A stretch of 64,000 bases of DNA from the NCBI GenBank assembly GCA_050013255.1, contig JBEKFP010000001.1, positions 576,001 to 640,000 of the forward strand. Direction: 5' to 3'. Made by a program: the position numbers and the translations under genes. Of the stretch, positions 1-9,090 are shown piece after piece. Numbering within the stretch: the first letter of the stretch is position 1; the number at the start of each line of letters is the position of its first letter. This stretch comes from Candidatus Bathyarchaeia archaeon (GTDB lineage: Archaea; Thermoproteota; Bathyarchaeia; 40CM-2-53-6). Under the pieces are notes generated by a model. It did no database searches, was not told the origin of the DNA, and saw only the letters and a list, made by a program, of their open reading frames with translations.

Positions 1-212
1 CGATGGATCCAGATTCCGGAACCAACGCTACCGACACCTTCATCGTAATAGTAAAGAGTCTCACGTTCCTCATCCGGAAAACCATGCCAGTGAGGAATCC
101 CAGGGGCAAAAGAATGTGTCAGGTCAACCCATCGCTTCGTTTTCAGAAGCTCGTAGACATCTAGAAGGCTCGAACTCTTCGTGGTTGCAGCACCTTCAGT
201 GAACACAGGCAA
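1..212 (-). CDS. Cyclase family protein (kynurenine formamidase-like), 5' part only; runs off the window edge
   Basis: Own translation of the minus strand from TTG at 212: ...LLKTKRWVDLTHSFAPGIPHWHGFPDEERETLY; the VDLTH..P motif is typical of the cyclase N-terminus. Not in the ORF track. Confidence 0.75.
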   Translation of the reverse strand, partial: MPVFTEGAATTKSSSLLDVYELLKTKRWVDLTHSFAPGIPHWHGFPDEERETLYYYDEGVGSVGSGIWIH

Positions 213-590
213 CTCCCGCCCGTTCGTTTGCTCGCTCGATATGAATCTTATTCAAGACCTGTTCGAAAACGGCTGTGATGTATTCTTTATCTCGAACTCC
301 AATTGAACCATCTCATCGTTGAATCAGCATAGGGCTTCCGGCGATCTCTTCCCTCAACAACCTGTCAGGTTCTGCTAGGGAACGCCACATCACCTTCTGC
401 AATTGCATGGTATACTCGATTTTTGCGAACGGACAGAATAAAACTTGGCAATGGTGAGAAAGTTCAATTACGAATGAACTCTTGGAAGGCTTGCTCAAGC
501 CGCGCTCCTTTGTGAGGTAGATTCTGGTCGGTAGAGATATGAACATGGAAAGTGGTTTAACAATGGTAAAGCTACCTCCTTGGTGACTTA

Positions 591-1421
591 ATGTCCGGCA
601 CCCAATTCGTTAAAATGAATGAGGAAGAGTTCGTCAAGGAGGCGGTTGGGATTGTGGAAAAAGCTCAGTCGCATGGAGTCTATCTTAGGATTCTGGGTTC
701 ACTTGCAACTTACATCTGCTCGCTGAACAATGGCTACGCCAACTTGTTCAAATCCCTTGAAAGGTTTGGAGAGGGAAAACCGCTCTTTACAGACTTAGAT
801 CTTGCAGGGTATAGCAAACAGAGTGGTGCGATTAACAAGTTTTTCCACGAGTTGAGTTTCAGGCCAGATACTATGGTCAATGGCATGTTCGGACATAAGA
901 GGTTAATACACTACCATCCCCAGAACAAGTACCATGTCGACGTGTTCTTGAACAAACTAGAATTCAGCCACGATGTTGAATTCGGCGAAAAGCCTGGCTC
1001 GGGAAGATTAGAGCTCGATTGGCCCACGATCACTGCCACTGACATCGTATTGGAGAAACTGCAAATTCACCAGATTAACCGAAAGGATCTGATTGATTTA
1101 ATCACGCTTCTCATGGCTCACGACGTTCACGAAAGGTTTGACAAGAACACTATAGACGGATCATACATAACGAAGATACTCTCGGACGATTGGGGATTCT
1201 GGCAAGATGCAACCACAAACTTCGGCAAAATGAAGATGCTAATGGAAGAGCTAACCGCGAATAACAAACTAACAACCGAACAAAGTCAGACGATTGCACA
1301 AAGAACAAACAAACTTCTCGGCATGGTCACGAACAGCCCCAAGACAAAGCATTGGGAGAAACGGGCAAAGACCGGCACAAAGAAGCTGTGGTATCGTGAA
1401 GTTGAAGATATCGTACGTTAG
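591..1421 (+). CDS. Conserved hypothetical protein, possible nucleotidyltransferase-like fold
   Basis: 276 aa ORF; LRILGSLA...TDLDL resembles the GS...DxD motif. Confidence 0.55.
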   Translation: MSGTQFVKMNEEEFVKEAVGIVEKAQSHGVYLRILGSLATYICSLNNGYANLFKSLERFGEGKPLFTDLDLAGYSKQSGAINKFFHELSFRPDTMVNGMFGHKRLIHYHPQNKYHVDVFLNKLEFSHDVEFGEKPGSGRLELDWPTITATDIVLEKLQIHQINRKDLIDLITLLMAHDVHERFDKNTIDGSYITKILSDDWGFWQDATTNFGKMKMLMEELTANNKLTTEQSQTIAQRTNKLLGMVTNSPKTKHWEKRAKTGTKKLWYREVEDIVR

Positions 1422-1516
1422 ATAATGAAAACGTCATAGTCACTATCGTGAGCATGAAACAGGAAGGGAGAAGTTGTGACAAGCGATCCCTTCTATGATC
1501 GGAAACCGGGCGAGAC

Positions 1517-2053
1517 TTACTCTTCGCTTGCTATCTGGGTTCTAACGCAGATACACTCGTCTTGGTAGCGTCCACAATTCGGACATCGCGGTCTACCAGT
1601 CAATGCTTCAATGCGTGGGTTGTTGATGAGCCCTTGGACTTCTTCCGGTAGATTAGGTTCGTAGAAGATTCGAAGAACCCAACGGGTAAGGTCCTTTTCG
1701 GTGACAATGCCAACCAGTTTGTCATTGTCTACCACCGGAAGTCGCCTCACCCCTAGCTTGAGCATGAGTTCGAAAGTACGCCAAATTTCCATGTTCGGTG
1801 TAGTTGTTTGCAGCGGTCTAGACATGAGGCTGCGCGCTGGAAGCCTGAGCAGGCTGTCTCCCCGTAGTGCGGCTCTAGTTATGTCGCGTTCAGTGATGAT
1901 TCCAACGGGTTTCTGTTTGTCCACAACGATTATGCTTCCAATATCGAATTTGACCATGAGCCGCAGCGCTTCTTCTACGCGCTCGCTGATATCCACCGTG
2001 ACGACCTTGGTCGTCATGATTTCAGAAAGAAACGCATGTTCTGGCTTGCTCAT
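1517..2053 (-). CDS. CBS-pair domain protein with C-terminal Cys-rich tail
   Basis: VGIITERDI and LPVVD..LVGIVTEKDL motifs; tail CPNCGRYQDECIC. Start at MSKPEH preferred; ORF extends to 2110. Confidence 0.85.
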   Translation of the reverse strand: MSKPEHAFLSEIMTTKVVTVDISERVEEALRLMVKFDIGSIIVVDKQKPVGIITERDITRAALRGDSLLRLPARSLMSRPLQTTTPNMEIWRTFELMLKLGVRRLPVVDNDKLVGIVTEKDLTRWVLRIFYEPNLPEEVQGLINNPRIEALTGRPRCPNCGRYQDECICVRTQIASEE

Positions 2054-2202
2054 TGAAATCAAGAGAAATTTCTTAGGTGGCCGTATAATAGACGAGTCAA
2101 CAATTTCCAACTATGAGAACTGAGGTCGGTTTGAATAGCTGTTTTGCCAATGCATTCTTCACGATTCCCAAGCAAACTCGTTAGGACCCCAGGTAGTTTT
2201 CC

Positions 2203-3246
2203 TTGGACCTAAGCCTCTATAAAACGGTCGTCAAGCCGGCCCTATTTCTGACGCCCCCCGAAACGGCTCACGGTATTGCTAAATGGTTCTTCAAACGGCC
2301 ACTGCTCTGGAATACGTTGAGTTGGCACTTACGCATTCAAGATGATCGGCTGCACGTAAGAGTTGGAAAACTCGACCTCCCTAACCCCGTGGGACTCGCC
2401 GCGGGTTTCGACAAGAACTGCGAGATGTCCGCGGCACTGTTTAACATGGGGTTCGGATTTCTCACATTGGGTACTGTTACCCTGAATCCTCGAGAAGGTA
2501 ACCCGAAACCTAGAATGTGGCGATACCCTCAGCGGTCGCTCGTAAACTCAATGGGGTTACCGAACGAAGGAGCGCACAAGATAGCGGTCACCCTGTCCAA
2601 GTGCAAACGCAGCCCGGGGCCGATAATTGTTAGTATCTCCGGGCTTAGCATCGACGAGTTTGTCGAATGTTATCGTGAACTGGAACCTCGGGCAGATGCC
2701 GTTGAGTTGAACATTAGTACTCCAAATACGGTTGGCGTAAGGATCTTCCAAGAACCTGATGTACTCACGAAACTGCTCAGTGCGGTTAGTAAGGTGAGAA
2801 ATGTTGGGAAACAGGTTTGGGTCAAGATTCCACCCTACTTCGATGTTAGACAACGGGAGAACGTTCACAACCTCGTGGACGCGTGTGTGAAGGCTTCTAT
2901 CGACGGGCTCACCGCAACTAACTCGAAACTCATCGACGAGCCTCGGGCCAGCATTGGGACAGGTGGGCTTAGTGGCCCATTAATCTTCCAAGACATGCTC
3001 AGAATAGTCACGGACGTTTACAATCACACTGGCGGAAAGGTCCCCATCAGCGCCTGCGGTGGCATATCCTCAGGCCTTGACGCCTGGCGGGCCTTGAAAG
3101 CAGGTGCATCTTCAGTCCAACTGTACACAGGGCTGATCTATGAGGGGCCTGGCGTCGTCTCAAGAATCAATCGAGACATACTCCGAATGCTTGAGAGCTC
3201 GAAGCTGAATTCGCTCAGCGAAGTAACAGGATCCGGCTTACGCTGA
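2203..3246 (+). CDS. pyrD: Dihydroorotate dehydrogenase, class 2 (quinone-dependent)
   Basis: PETAH, NPVGLAAGFDKN, GNPKPR, LNISTPNT, GGLSG, QLYTGLIYEGP motifs. Confidence 0.93.
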   Translation: MDLSLYKTVVKPALFLTPPETAHGIAKWFFKRPLLWNTLSWHLRIQDDRLHVRVGKLDLPNPVGLAAGFDKNCEMSAALFNMGFGFLTLGTVTLNPREGNPKPRMWRYPQRSLVNSMGLPNEGAHKIAVTLSKCKRSPGPIIVSISGLSIDEFVECYRELEPRADAVELNISTPNTVGVRIFQEPDVLTKLLSAVSKVRNVGKQVWVKIPPYFDVRQRENVHNLVDACVKASIDGLTATNSKLIDEPRASIGTGGLSGPLIFQDMLRIVTDVYNHTGGKVPISACGGISSGLDAWRALKAGASSVQLYTGLIYEGPGVVSRINRDILRMLESSKLNSLSEVTGSGLR

Positions 3247-3315
3247 AACTCAAAGAAAGAAATCATTCGCAAAGCCTTACTTAAGACGGTATGTCCCTCC
3301 CCACGATGATCATCG

Positions 3316-3912
3316 TTGCCACCCATTAACGGATCACTAAGTCCAGAATGGTACGCTGAAGACTTTGTGAAGCAACTTCACCTTGACGATGAAGTAGAGC
3401 AGAGATGTGAGTGGTCCTGCATCCTCTGGTCCAAGGACTACTGGGCTGCCAAGGCCCAGAAGACCCAGATAACATTGCAACAGATCAAAGACCCCCTCAC
3501 AAAGTCTACAAGGACTGAGAAGACCTACAGTCCGCTTTTCCTGGATTCTCAATTTGCGAACACCATAGCGCAGGTCTACGCGAAACTCTTTGGCACCGAG
3601 CAATCCTGCAGCGTGAAAATTTTCACTAATTGTCCCTTCATGGGACAACGCCAAGACTTGCTTAAGAGAGGTACCTTGGCCGGGGTTTTTGCTACGATCC
3701 TTCACAAAGCCACATCATACGCGATGCTTGAACGGCATCCACTAGATAGCGGCCTCATACACGAGGAGTATAGGGATGTTTATGGAATCGACCTGACCAA
3801 CTTCAAGGACTTGGAGAACTCCCTGAAGGATGGCAGGTTCGGAAAATTGTATGAGAACGTGGTGAAGAAAGCCAGAGAGCTGGCAGGAATACCTCAAGAG
3901 CCTGCCATTTGA
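3316..3912 (+). CDS. Hypothetical protein
   Basis: 198 aa ORF filling the gap; no family recognised. Confidence 0.55.
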   Translation: MPPINGSLSPEWYAEDFVKQLHLDDEVEQRCEWSCILWSKDYWAAKAQKTQITLQQIKDPLTKSTRTEKTYSPLFLDSQFANTIAQVYAKLFGTEQSCSVKIFTNCPFMGQRQDLLKRGTLAGVFATILHKATSYAMLERHPLDSGLIHEEYRDVYGIDLTNFKDLENSLKDGRFGKLYENVVKKARELAGIPQEPAI

Positions 3913-3926
3913 TAGCCACGGGAAAT

Positions 3927-4211
3927 CTATTCCTTAACTCCGTAGATGGAATATACCAAGATCAATAGACCTACAGCAACAACTGAATTTTCTAAGGCGT
4001 GAGCCAGAATTAGCTGGTAACCAAGCACCTCCACAATAAATTCCTCGATTAGAGAGCCCACGAGAATGACCATGAACCCGATCGACATAGCGAGCATAGA
4101 TTTGCTCTTGTTCCTGCGGTAAGCTCTCATGCTAACGTAAACCAGCACACCCCCGAGAGCGACAATAGCGGCCTCACTAGATAGAAGTACCAGATCGTCG
4201 AAACCGATCAT
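3927..4211 (-). CDS. Small 3-TM membrane protein (DUF7521-like partner of an HTH regulator)
   Basis: RAYRRNKSKSMLAMSIGF...GLLILVYSIY pattern; ATGA overlap with the regulator stop at 4208-4211. Confidence 0.75.
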   Translation of the reverse strand: MIGFDDLVLLSSEAAIVALGGVLVYVSMRAYRRNKSKSMLAMSIGFMVILVGSLIEEFIVEVLGYQLILAHALENSVVAVGLLILVYSIYGVKE

Positions 4212-4570
4212 TTCTCCGCCCTCATGGAACTCCACAGCCTAGTTAACTTGTTCACGACATCTTCGTTAAATGAAACGGTTAGCTCAACCTCTCCTGATTT
4301 GTACTCGGCGCGCATGTCCGTCACTGTGTTCCTATAGAGACCGAATTTTTTGCCGTCATTCGTGATGACTGTTCGTTCAACAGTAAGAAGACGGGCGTCG
4401 ACGAGCTCATTTATTCGCCGATACACGCTGCTCGGAGGCAAGGCACATTGATGGATGATCTCCATTGCTGAGCAAGGCTTCTCGGTAGTACTTCTTAGGA
4501 TTGCCAATGCACAATCATCCGCCATCGCCTGCAAGATTGTTTTCTTAAGGGCCGTATCCTGAATAAGCAA
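4208..4570 (-). CDS. ArsR-like winged-helix transcriptional regulator
   Basis: ILQAMADD..LAIL, SAMEII, PPSSVYRRINELVDARLL helix-turn-helix; divergent from the cupredoxin operon. Confidence 0.85.
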   Translation of the reverse strand: MLIQDTALKKTILQAMADDCALAILRSTTEKPCSAMEIIHQCALPPSSVYRRINELVDARLLTVERTVITNDGKKFGLYRNTVTDMRAEYKSGEVELTVSFNEDVVNKLTRLWSSMRAEK

Positions 4571-4577
4571 GGTAGAC

Positions 4578-4597
4578 GATTCCCAAACTTTGGAATC
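4578..4597. promoter_or_regulatory. Imperfect palindrome, candidate operator of the divergent promoter
   Basis: GATTCC-C-AAA-C-TTT-GGAATC between the regulator and the operon; TATA-like TTTAAG at 4621. Confidence 0.4.
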
Positions 4598-4675
4598 AGA
4601 TTTGATAGGCGTCTTCCTGATTTAAGTGTGCGCGCTCCACCCCCATCCCACTCATCCGCTCTGAGAGGCATCGGA

Positions 4676-5320
4676 TTGAAGAATGGATTTGTCGCGATCC
4701 TGCTTGTCCTAATACTGTTGATAGGGCTCGCTGCGGGTTGGCTTGGCGGGAGCATAGGCCTGGTAGGCAAGAACCTGTACTCCAACCAAAGTCAGACTGC
4801 CTCCGTAACTCCACCCGCAACGCTTGACACTACTAAAGTTGTCAATCTTGTTGTCATTCCGGATTGGGGAGGAACAGGCTATGACGCGTTTGTGGTTTCC
4901 ACGTCCGTCAATGGCACAGCTCCCGAACTCGCGACGAATGCGAGTGGCCCAGGACCTAACGACAATAACATAACCATCCACGCGGGCGTCTCAGTCACTT
5001 TTGTAATAACCAACATAGACACCGCAGTCCTCCTGAACTTCACGGGCCCCGCATCAACAGACTTCACTGTTTACAATGATACTGAGAACGGTCAAGTAGC
5101 GTCGCACTATAGTGCCGGGCAGTCGGTCTCCAGCCTTCCAATAAGCCACACATTCACAATCCAGAGCCTTAACGTCAACATCCCGATTCCTCCGGACACA
5201 GTTGTCACCTTCACCTACACGTTCGTCACACCGGGTGTCTACAAATACTTCTGCGAAACCCCTTGTGGACCGGGGATGGACCTTGCAGGATACATGATTG
5301 GATATCTAATTGTCACTTGA
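4676..5320 (+). CDS. Membrane-anchored cupredoxin-fold protein with atypical Cu ligands
   Basis: N-terminal TM; SHTFTI...YTFVTPGVYKYFCETPCGPGMDLAGYMIGYL. TTG at 4676 preferred; ORF opens at 4628. Confidence 0.8.
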   Translation: MKNGFVAILLVLILLIGLAAGWLGGSIGLVGKNLYSNQSQTASVTPPATLDTTKVVNLVVIPDWGGTGYDAFVVSTSVNGTAPELATNASGPGPNDNNITIHAGVSVTFVITNIDTAVLLNFTGPASTDFTVYNDTENGQVASHYSAGQSVSSLPISHTFTIQSLNVNIPIPPDTVVTFTYTFVTPGVYKYFCETPCGPGMDLAGYMIGYLIVT

Positions 5321-5373
5321 CTGGAATGAACCCATTGAATTATGATAATGCTCTCAAATTGCTTTGAGGGAAC

Positions 5374-6186
5374 TTGATGTCAAGACGACCACGAATTGAA
5401 CGTAGACAACTCCTGAAGGGCACGGCGGTCGCTACAGCTGGCCTGGTATTTTCTTCCCTCGTGAAAGGGTTGGAGCCCGTAAGTTCACAAACGTTAGAAA
5501 ATGCTTCTGCAATGAAAGGCTCAGCAAGACGATACGTCTTCGTTATCGACCTAGACAAATGTGACGGATGCAGGAAATGTACTGAGGGTTGTCACGCGGA
5601 GATGCATGTACCACCTGCCTGGGGAGATCCGAATTATGAGGGCAAGCAGCCTTGGATACAAGTCTTCGATTTCGCTGATGGGACCCATATGCCTGTTCCT
5701 TGTCAGAACTGTCAGAATTCACCCTGCACGAAAGTCTGCCCCGTCGGGGCGACTTACTACAGCGAAGACAACATCGTGCTGATAGACCAGAATAGATGCA
5801 TAGGCTGCAGAATATGCCTAGCATCATGTCCCTATGAGCGCAGATTCTTCAACTGGTACGACCCTCCAGTCACCGAAGAGGAGAAGAAGATACCGTATTC
5901 GCCTGACTACAACATCCCTCATAGGAGAGGTGTTGCCGAAAAATGCGTCTGGTGCAGACACAGAACTAAGATGGGTATGGTGCCTGCCTGCGTCGAAGCC
6001 TGCACAAGAGCAGGTATGAAGGCACTTTGGTTCGGCGATGCGGCTCAGGATGTGGTGTCCAATGGTGTAGATACGGCTAGGTTGAGTACTATGATTCAAG
6101 GGAGAGGCGCTTACCGGTTCAAGGATGAGTTGGGGACGAGCCCAAGTGTCCTATACCTTCCGCCCAGAGGAGGTACAATTACGTGA
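5374..6186 (+). CDS. Tat-exported 4x[4Fe-4S] electron-transfer protein (NrfC/DsrO/QrcC/ActB FeS-domain family)
   Basis: ERRQLLK Tat signal; CDGCRKCTEGC, CQNCQNSPCTKVCP, CIGCRICLASCPY, RGVAEKCVWC, PACVEAC. Confidence 0.92.
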   Translation: MMSRRPRIERRQLLKGTAVATAGLVFSSLVKGLEPVSSQTLENASAMKGSARRYVFVIDLDKCDGCRKCTEGCHAEMHVPPAWGDPNYEGKQPWIQVFDFADGTHMPVPCQNCQNSPCTKVCPVGATYYSEDNIVLIDQNRCIGCRICLASCPYERRFFNWYDPPVTEEEKKIPYSPDYNIPHRRGVAEKCVWCRHRTKMGMVPACVEACTRAGMKALWFGDAAQDVVSNGVDTARLSTMIQGRGAYRFKDELGTSPSVLYLPPRGGTIT

Positions 6187-8111
6187 GCTCAAGTTCGACA
6201 TCGAAAAGCGCCGCACTTTTCGGACCAATCAAGAGTCACTCTTCATCTTCCTATGCCCTAGGAAGCACTCTTCTCGCAATTGCTCTGTGGGGCGTTTACG
6301 CATACTATGTTCAAGTGACGACTGGACTGGGAGTCACAGGAATGAGGTCCGTCGTGTCATGGGCCTTCTACATAATCAATTTCGTCTTCTTCATAGGCAT
6401 AAGCCATGTCGGCGCTTTGATGTCTGCAATACTTAGACTCACAAATGCAGAATGGAGGAAACCAATCACTAGGATTGCCGAGGTGGTTACTTTCTCGTCA
6501 TTAATGATGGCGGTCATGATGCCATTGATCGATCTCGGGAGGCCAGATAGGCTGTTATACACGATTATTTTTGCTAGATTTCAGTCCCCGTTAACCTGGG
6601 ACTTTATGGCAATCGGAACTTACATGATCGGGAGCACCATCTTCTTGTATCTTCCGATGATTCCAGATATCGCATCATGCAGGGACAAATTGGAAGACGC
6701 GTCTAAGTTTCGCAGGTGGCTTTACGGGAAGCTCTCCTTAGGTTGGAACGGTTCATCCGATCAATGGAGACACCTTGAGAAGGCGATTAAGATGATGTCA
6801 ATCATAATCATACCCATCGCCATCTCGGTACACACGGTCGTATCTTGGGATTTTGCCATGCTGTTCAGAACGGGTTGGAACAGCACAATCTTCGGCCCGT
6901 ACTTCGTAGCGGGCGCATTGTTGTCCGGTGTTGCAACCGTAATTTTGGTAATGGCTTTTCTCACCAAGTACTATCATTTGGAAGGCTATATCACGAAACG
7001 GCACTTTGATAATCTCGGAAAACTCCTGATAGCCCTTGACATCATCGTCATCTACTTCACTATAAACGAGAATCTTGTCCCCGGCTACAAGTTCTTCGAT
7101 TCATCAAGCCCTGAAGGGCAATGGATGGCGTCCCTACTCTGGGGTCAGTACTCGACATTCTTCTGGGTTCAACTCATTGGCGGACTCGTGATTCCAGCAT
7201 TTCTGATAGGGCTACCTCGCACAAGAACTATAACCGGATATCTCGTCGCGTCATTGCTTGTCGACGTTGGGATGTGGATTGAACGCTTCAATATTATTGT
7301 GCCAACCCTAGCCCTTCCACAGCTAAGTTACTCATGGGGATCGTACGTACCGACTTGGGTGGAACTCTCAATTGTCGCCGGCACCTTCGCGGGTTTTACT
7401 CTCATCTACTTCGTTTTCAGCCGCCTGTTTCCGGTCATCTCAATCTGGGAAACGGAAGAGCCGAGTGAGGCAAATCCAACGGTCTTCTCGCCACCGTCTA
7501 TGAGGTTGACACTGCAAACTAAGTCTACATCGTCAATGGCGGCGTCCAAGAGAAGCTTCCTGAAATACGGAACGTTTGCAATCGTAGGTTTCGCATTGGG
7601 ATTTGCTCCAATACAAGTTCCAATCAGACCATTGAACTCAAGCGGAAATCGTTCTTCCGTCCCTGTGGTGCCTTTGTCGAACCTCGGGGTAAGTGTCTCG
7701 CTTGCCGAAGCAAAGAAAGCTATTGGGTTCTCAATTTCAAAGCCAACTAAACTTCCGCTAGGAAGCAAGCTGAAGGATGTGAGGGTTTTGGGAGGCAATC
7801 ATATCGTGTCGTTAATTTACGAGAATCCGTTGACCAAGCCACTTTCCTTGTACAATGAAGATGTTGCACTCGTCATCATTCAAGCGCAGGACTCGTTTAA
7901 TGTCACTTCTCCAGCTTATTTGCCGTCTGAATTTATACGAGTTAATGTCGCGGGAAACATTGGCTTCGCAAGAGAACCAAGCCAAGTTTCGGGTGGTGTA
8001 ACTGAGCCTGGCCAACTTCAATGGTGGATAAACGGTGTCCGTTACGCAATATTCGCTGACAGCACGATTAACGAGATGACGAAGACGGCCGAATCCATGG
8101 AGGCGCTTTAA
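6183..8111 (+). CDS. NrfD/PsrC-family quinol-interacting membrane subunit (ActC-like) fused to a C-terminal DUF4367-like domain
   Basis: NFVFFIGISHVG, DLGRP, SPLTWD, SVHTVVSWDFA, GWNSTIFGPYFVAGA, GMWIERF, YVPTWVE; GTGA overlap with the upstream gene; about 200 extra C-terminal aa. Confidence 0.9.
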   Translation: MSSSSTSKSAALFGPIKSHSSSSYALGSTLLAIALWGVYAYYVQVTTGLGVTGMRSVVSWAFYIINFVFFIGISHVGALMSAILRLTNAEWRKPITRIAEVVTFSSLMMAVMMPLIDLGRPDRLLYTIIFARFQSPLTWDFMAIGTYMIGSTIFLYLPMIPDIASCRDKLEDASKFRRWLYGKLSLGWNGSSDQWRHLEKAIKMMSIIIIPIAISVHTVVSWDFAMLFRTGWNSTIFGPYFVAGALLSGVATVILVMAFLTKYYHLEGYITKRHFDNLGKLLIALDIIVIYFTINENLVPGYKFFDSSSPEGQWMASLLWGQYSTFFWVQLIGGLVIPAFLIGLPRTRTITGYLVASLLVDVGMWIERFNIIVPTLALPQLSYSWGSYVPTWVELSIVAGTFAGFTLIYFVFSRLFPVISIWETEEPSEANPTVFSPPSMRLTLQTKSTSSMAASKRSFLKYGTFAIVGFALGFAPIQVPIRPLNSSGNRSSVPVVPLSNLGVSVSLAEAKKAIGFSISKPTKLPLGSKLKDVRVLGGNHIVSLIYENPLTKPLSLYNEDVALVIIQAQDSFNVTSPAYLPSEFIRVNVAGNIGFAREPSQVSGGVTEPGQLQWWINGVRYAIFADSTINEMTKTAESMEAL

Positions 8112-8112
8112 G

Positions 8113-9090
8113 GTGCGAAGTGCGCCTGCCCTAATTGTACTGTTCACATTCTTCTTAATCCTTCAATTCGCAAATGCAACAGCAGCGTCGAGTCAATTGA
8201 CGGACATTTCTGGAAACCTCACGGTCTTCAACCTCACGCCAAGCAGCAATGAAACAGGAGTTAGGTATTTCACAGTCCTCGTGAGCGCCTCAGGATTCAA
8301 CGGCTCGCCTAACCCATTCTACCTTCAGGTAATTCAGGGCGATCGAGTCGATATCCGGTTCATCTATGCCGACCAAGACCTCTCTTTCGATAACCCTCAC
8401 AAGATGCTCATTGGTGGATACAACATTGTGACGGGCAATGTTGATAGACAGATACCAGTACAGGAAGTGAATTTTACTGCAAGTCAAGTTGGGAGTTTTG
8501 CATTTTATTGCATTATTCCATGCTTCGGCATGGAGAACCTGCAGGGAGGCTTCCTCGTTGTGAGTGCTTCAACGCGGACAGCGCCCGTCTCAACTAACCT
8601 TAGCCAATTGAATGTCGCAGCACGTGGAAATGTCATCACCGTATCGGTACTTCTTGCCAATAAGAACGGAGCCCCTATATCTGGTGCAATCGTAGAATTC
8701 TCTGTAAGCAGCGACTTTGGTCAAGTGAAGATGGGCCAGAATACGACTGGCTCCGATGGAACGGCCCAACTTTCTTTTCCGTTGAGTACCCCCAGAGCAA
8801 TTTTTGTGACAGTACATTTTGCAGGCAGCGGTCAATACTTGCAAAGCCAGACGGCAATCTCGTTCATTCCTCCGCCTCAGCAAACCGAGCCAACCCTCGA
8901 GTCGCCTTATGTCAACGGACAGGCACCAAGCGTCGATATTCGACTCGCGGGTATCCTACCCGTCCATTCATTGATCATCGTAACAGTGGGTTTGATTGTT
9001 GTCCTATCGGTATGGTGCGTATACGCACTCGTCTTGAAGGAAGTAGTGGGGGTTTGGAAGGCTGGCAAAACAATGGAGGAAGACAAATGA
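8113..9090 (+). CDS. Secreted cupredoxin-like plus Ig-like domain protein with C-terminal TM anchor
   Basis: Signal peptide; QGDRVDI, NPHKML, GSFAFYCIIPCFGM; TTGSDGTA Ig-like motif; C-terminal TM. Confidence 0.72.
   Translation: MRSAPALIVLFTFFLILQFANATAASSQLTDISGNLTVFNLTPSSNETGVRYFTVLVSASGFNGSPNPFYLQVIQGDRVDIRFIYADQDLSFDNPHKMLIGGYNIVTGNVDRQIPVQEVNFTASQVGSFAFYCIIPCFGMENLQGGFLVVSASTRTAPVSTNLSQLNVAARGNVITVSVLLANKNGAPISGAIVEFSVSSDFGQVKMGQNTTGSDGTAQLSFPLSTPRAIFVTVHFAGSGQYLQSQTAISFIPPPQQTEPTLESPYVNGQAPSVDIRLAGILPVHSLIIVTVGLIVVLSVWCVYALVLKEVVGVWKAGKTMEEDK

Noticed and set aside
313-546. 77 aa ORF
   Set aside because: No recognisable motif; lies in a divergent intergenic region.
5374-8111. Complete polysulfide, tetrathionate or nitrite reductase
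   Set aside because: No catalytic molybdopterin or multiheme subunit is adjacent; moaA and the MocA-like gene are distant and unlinked.
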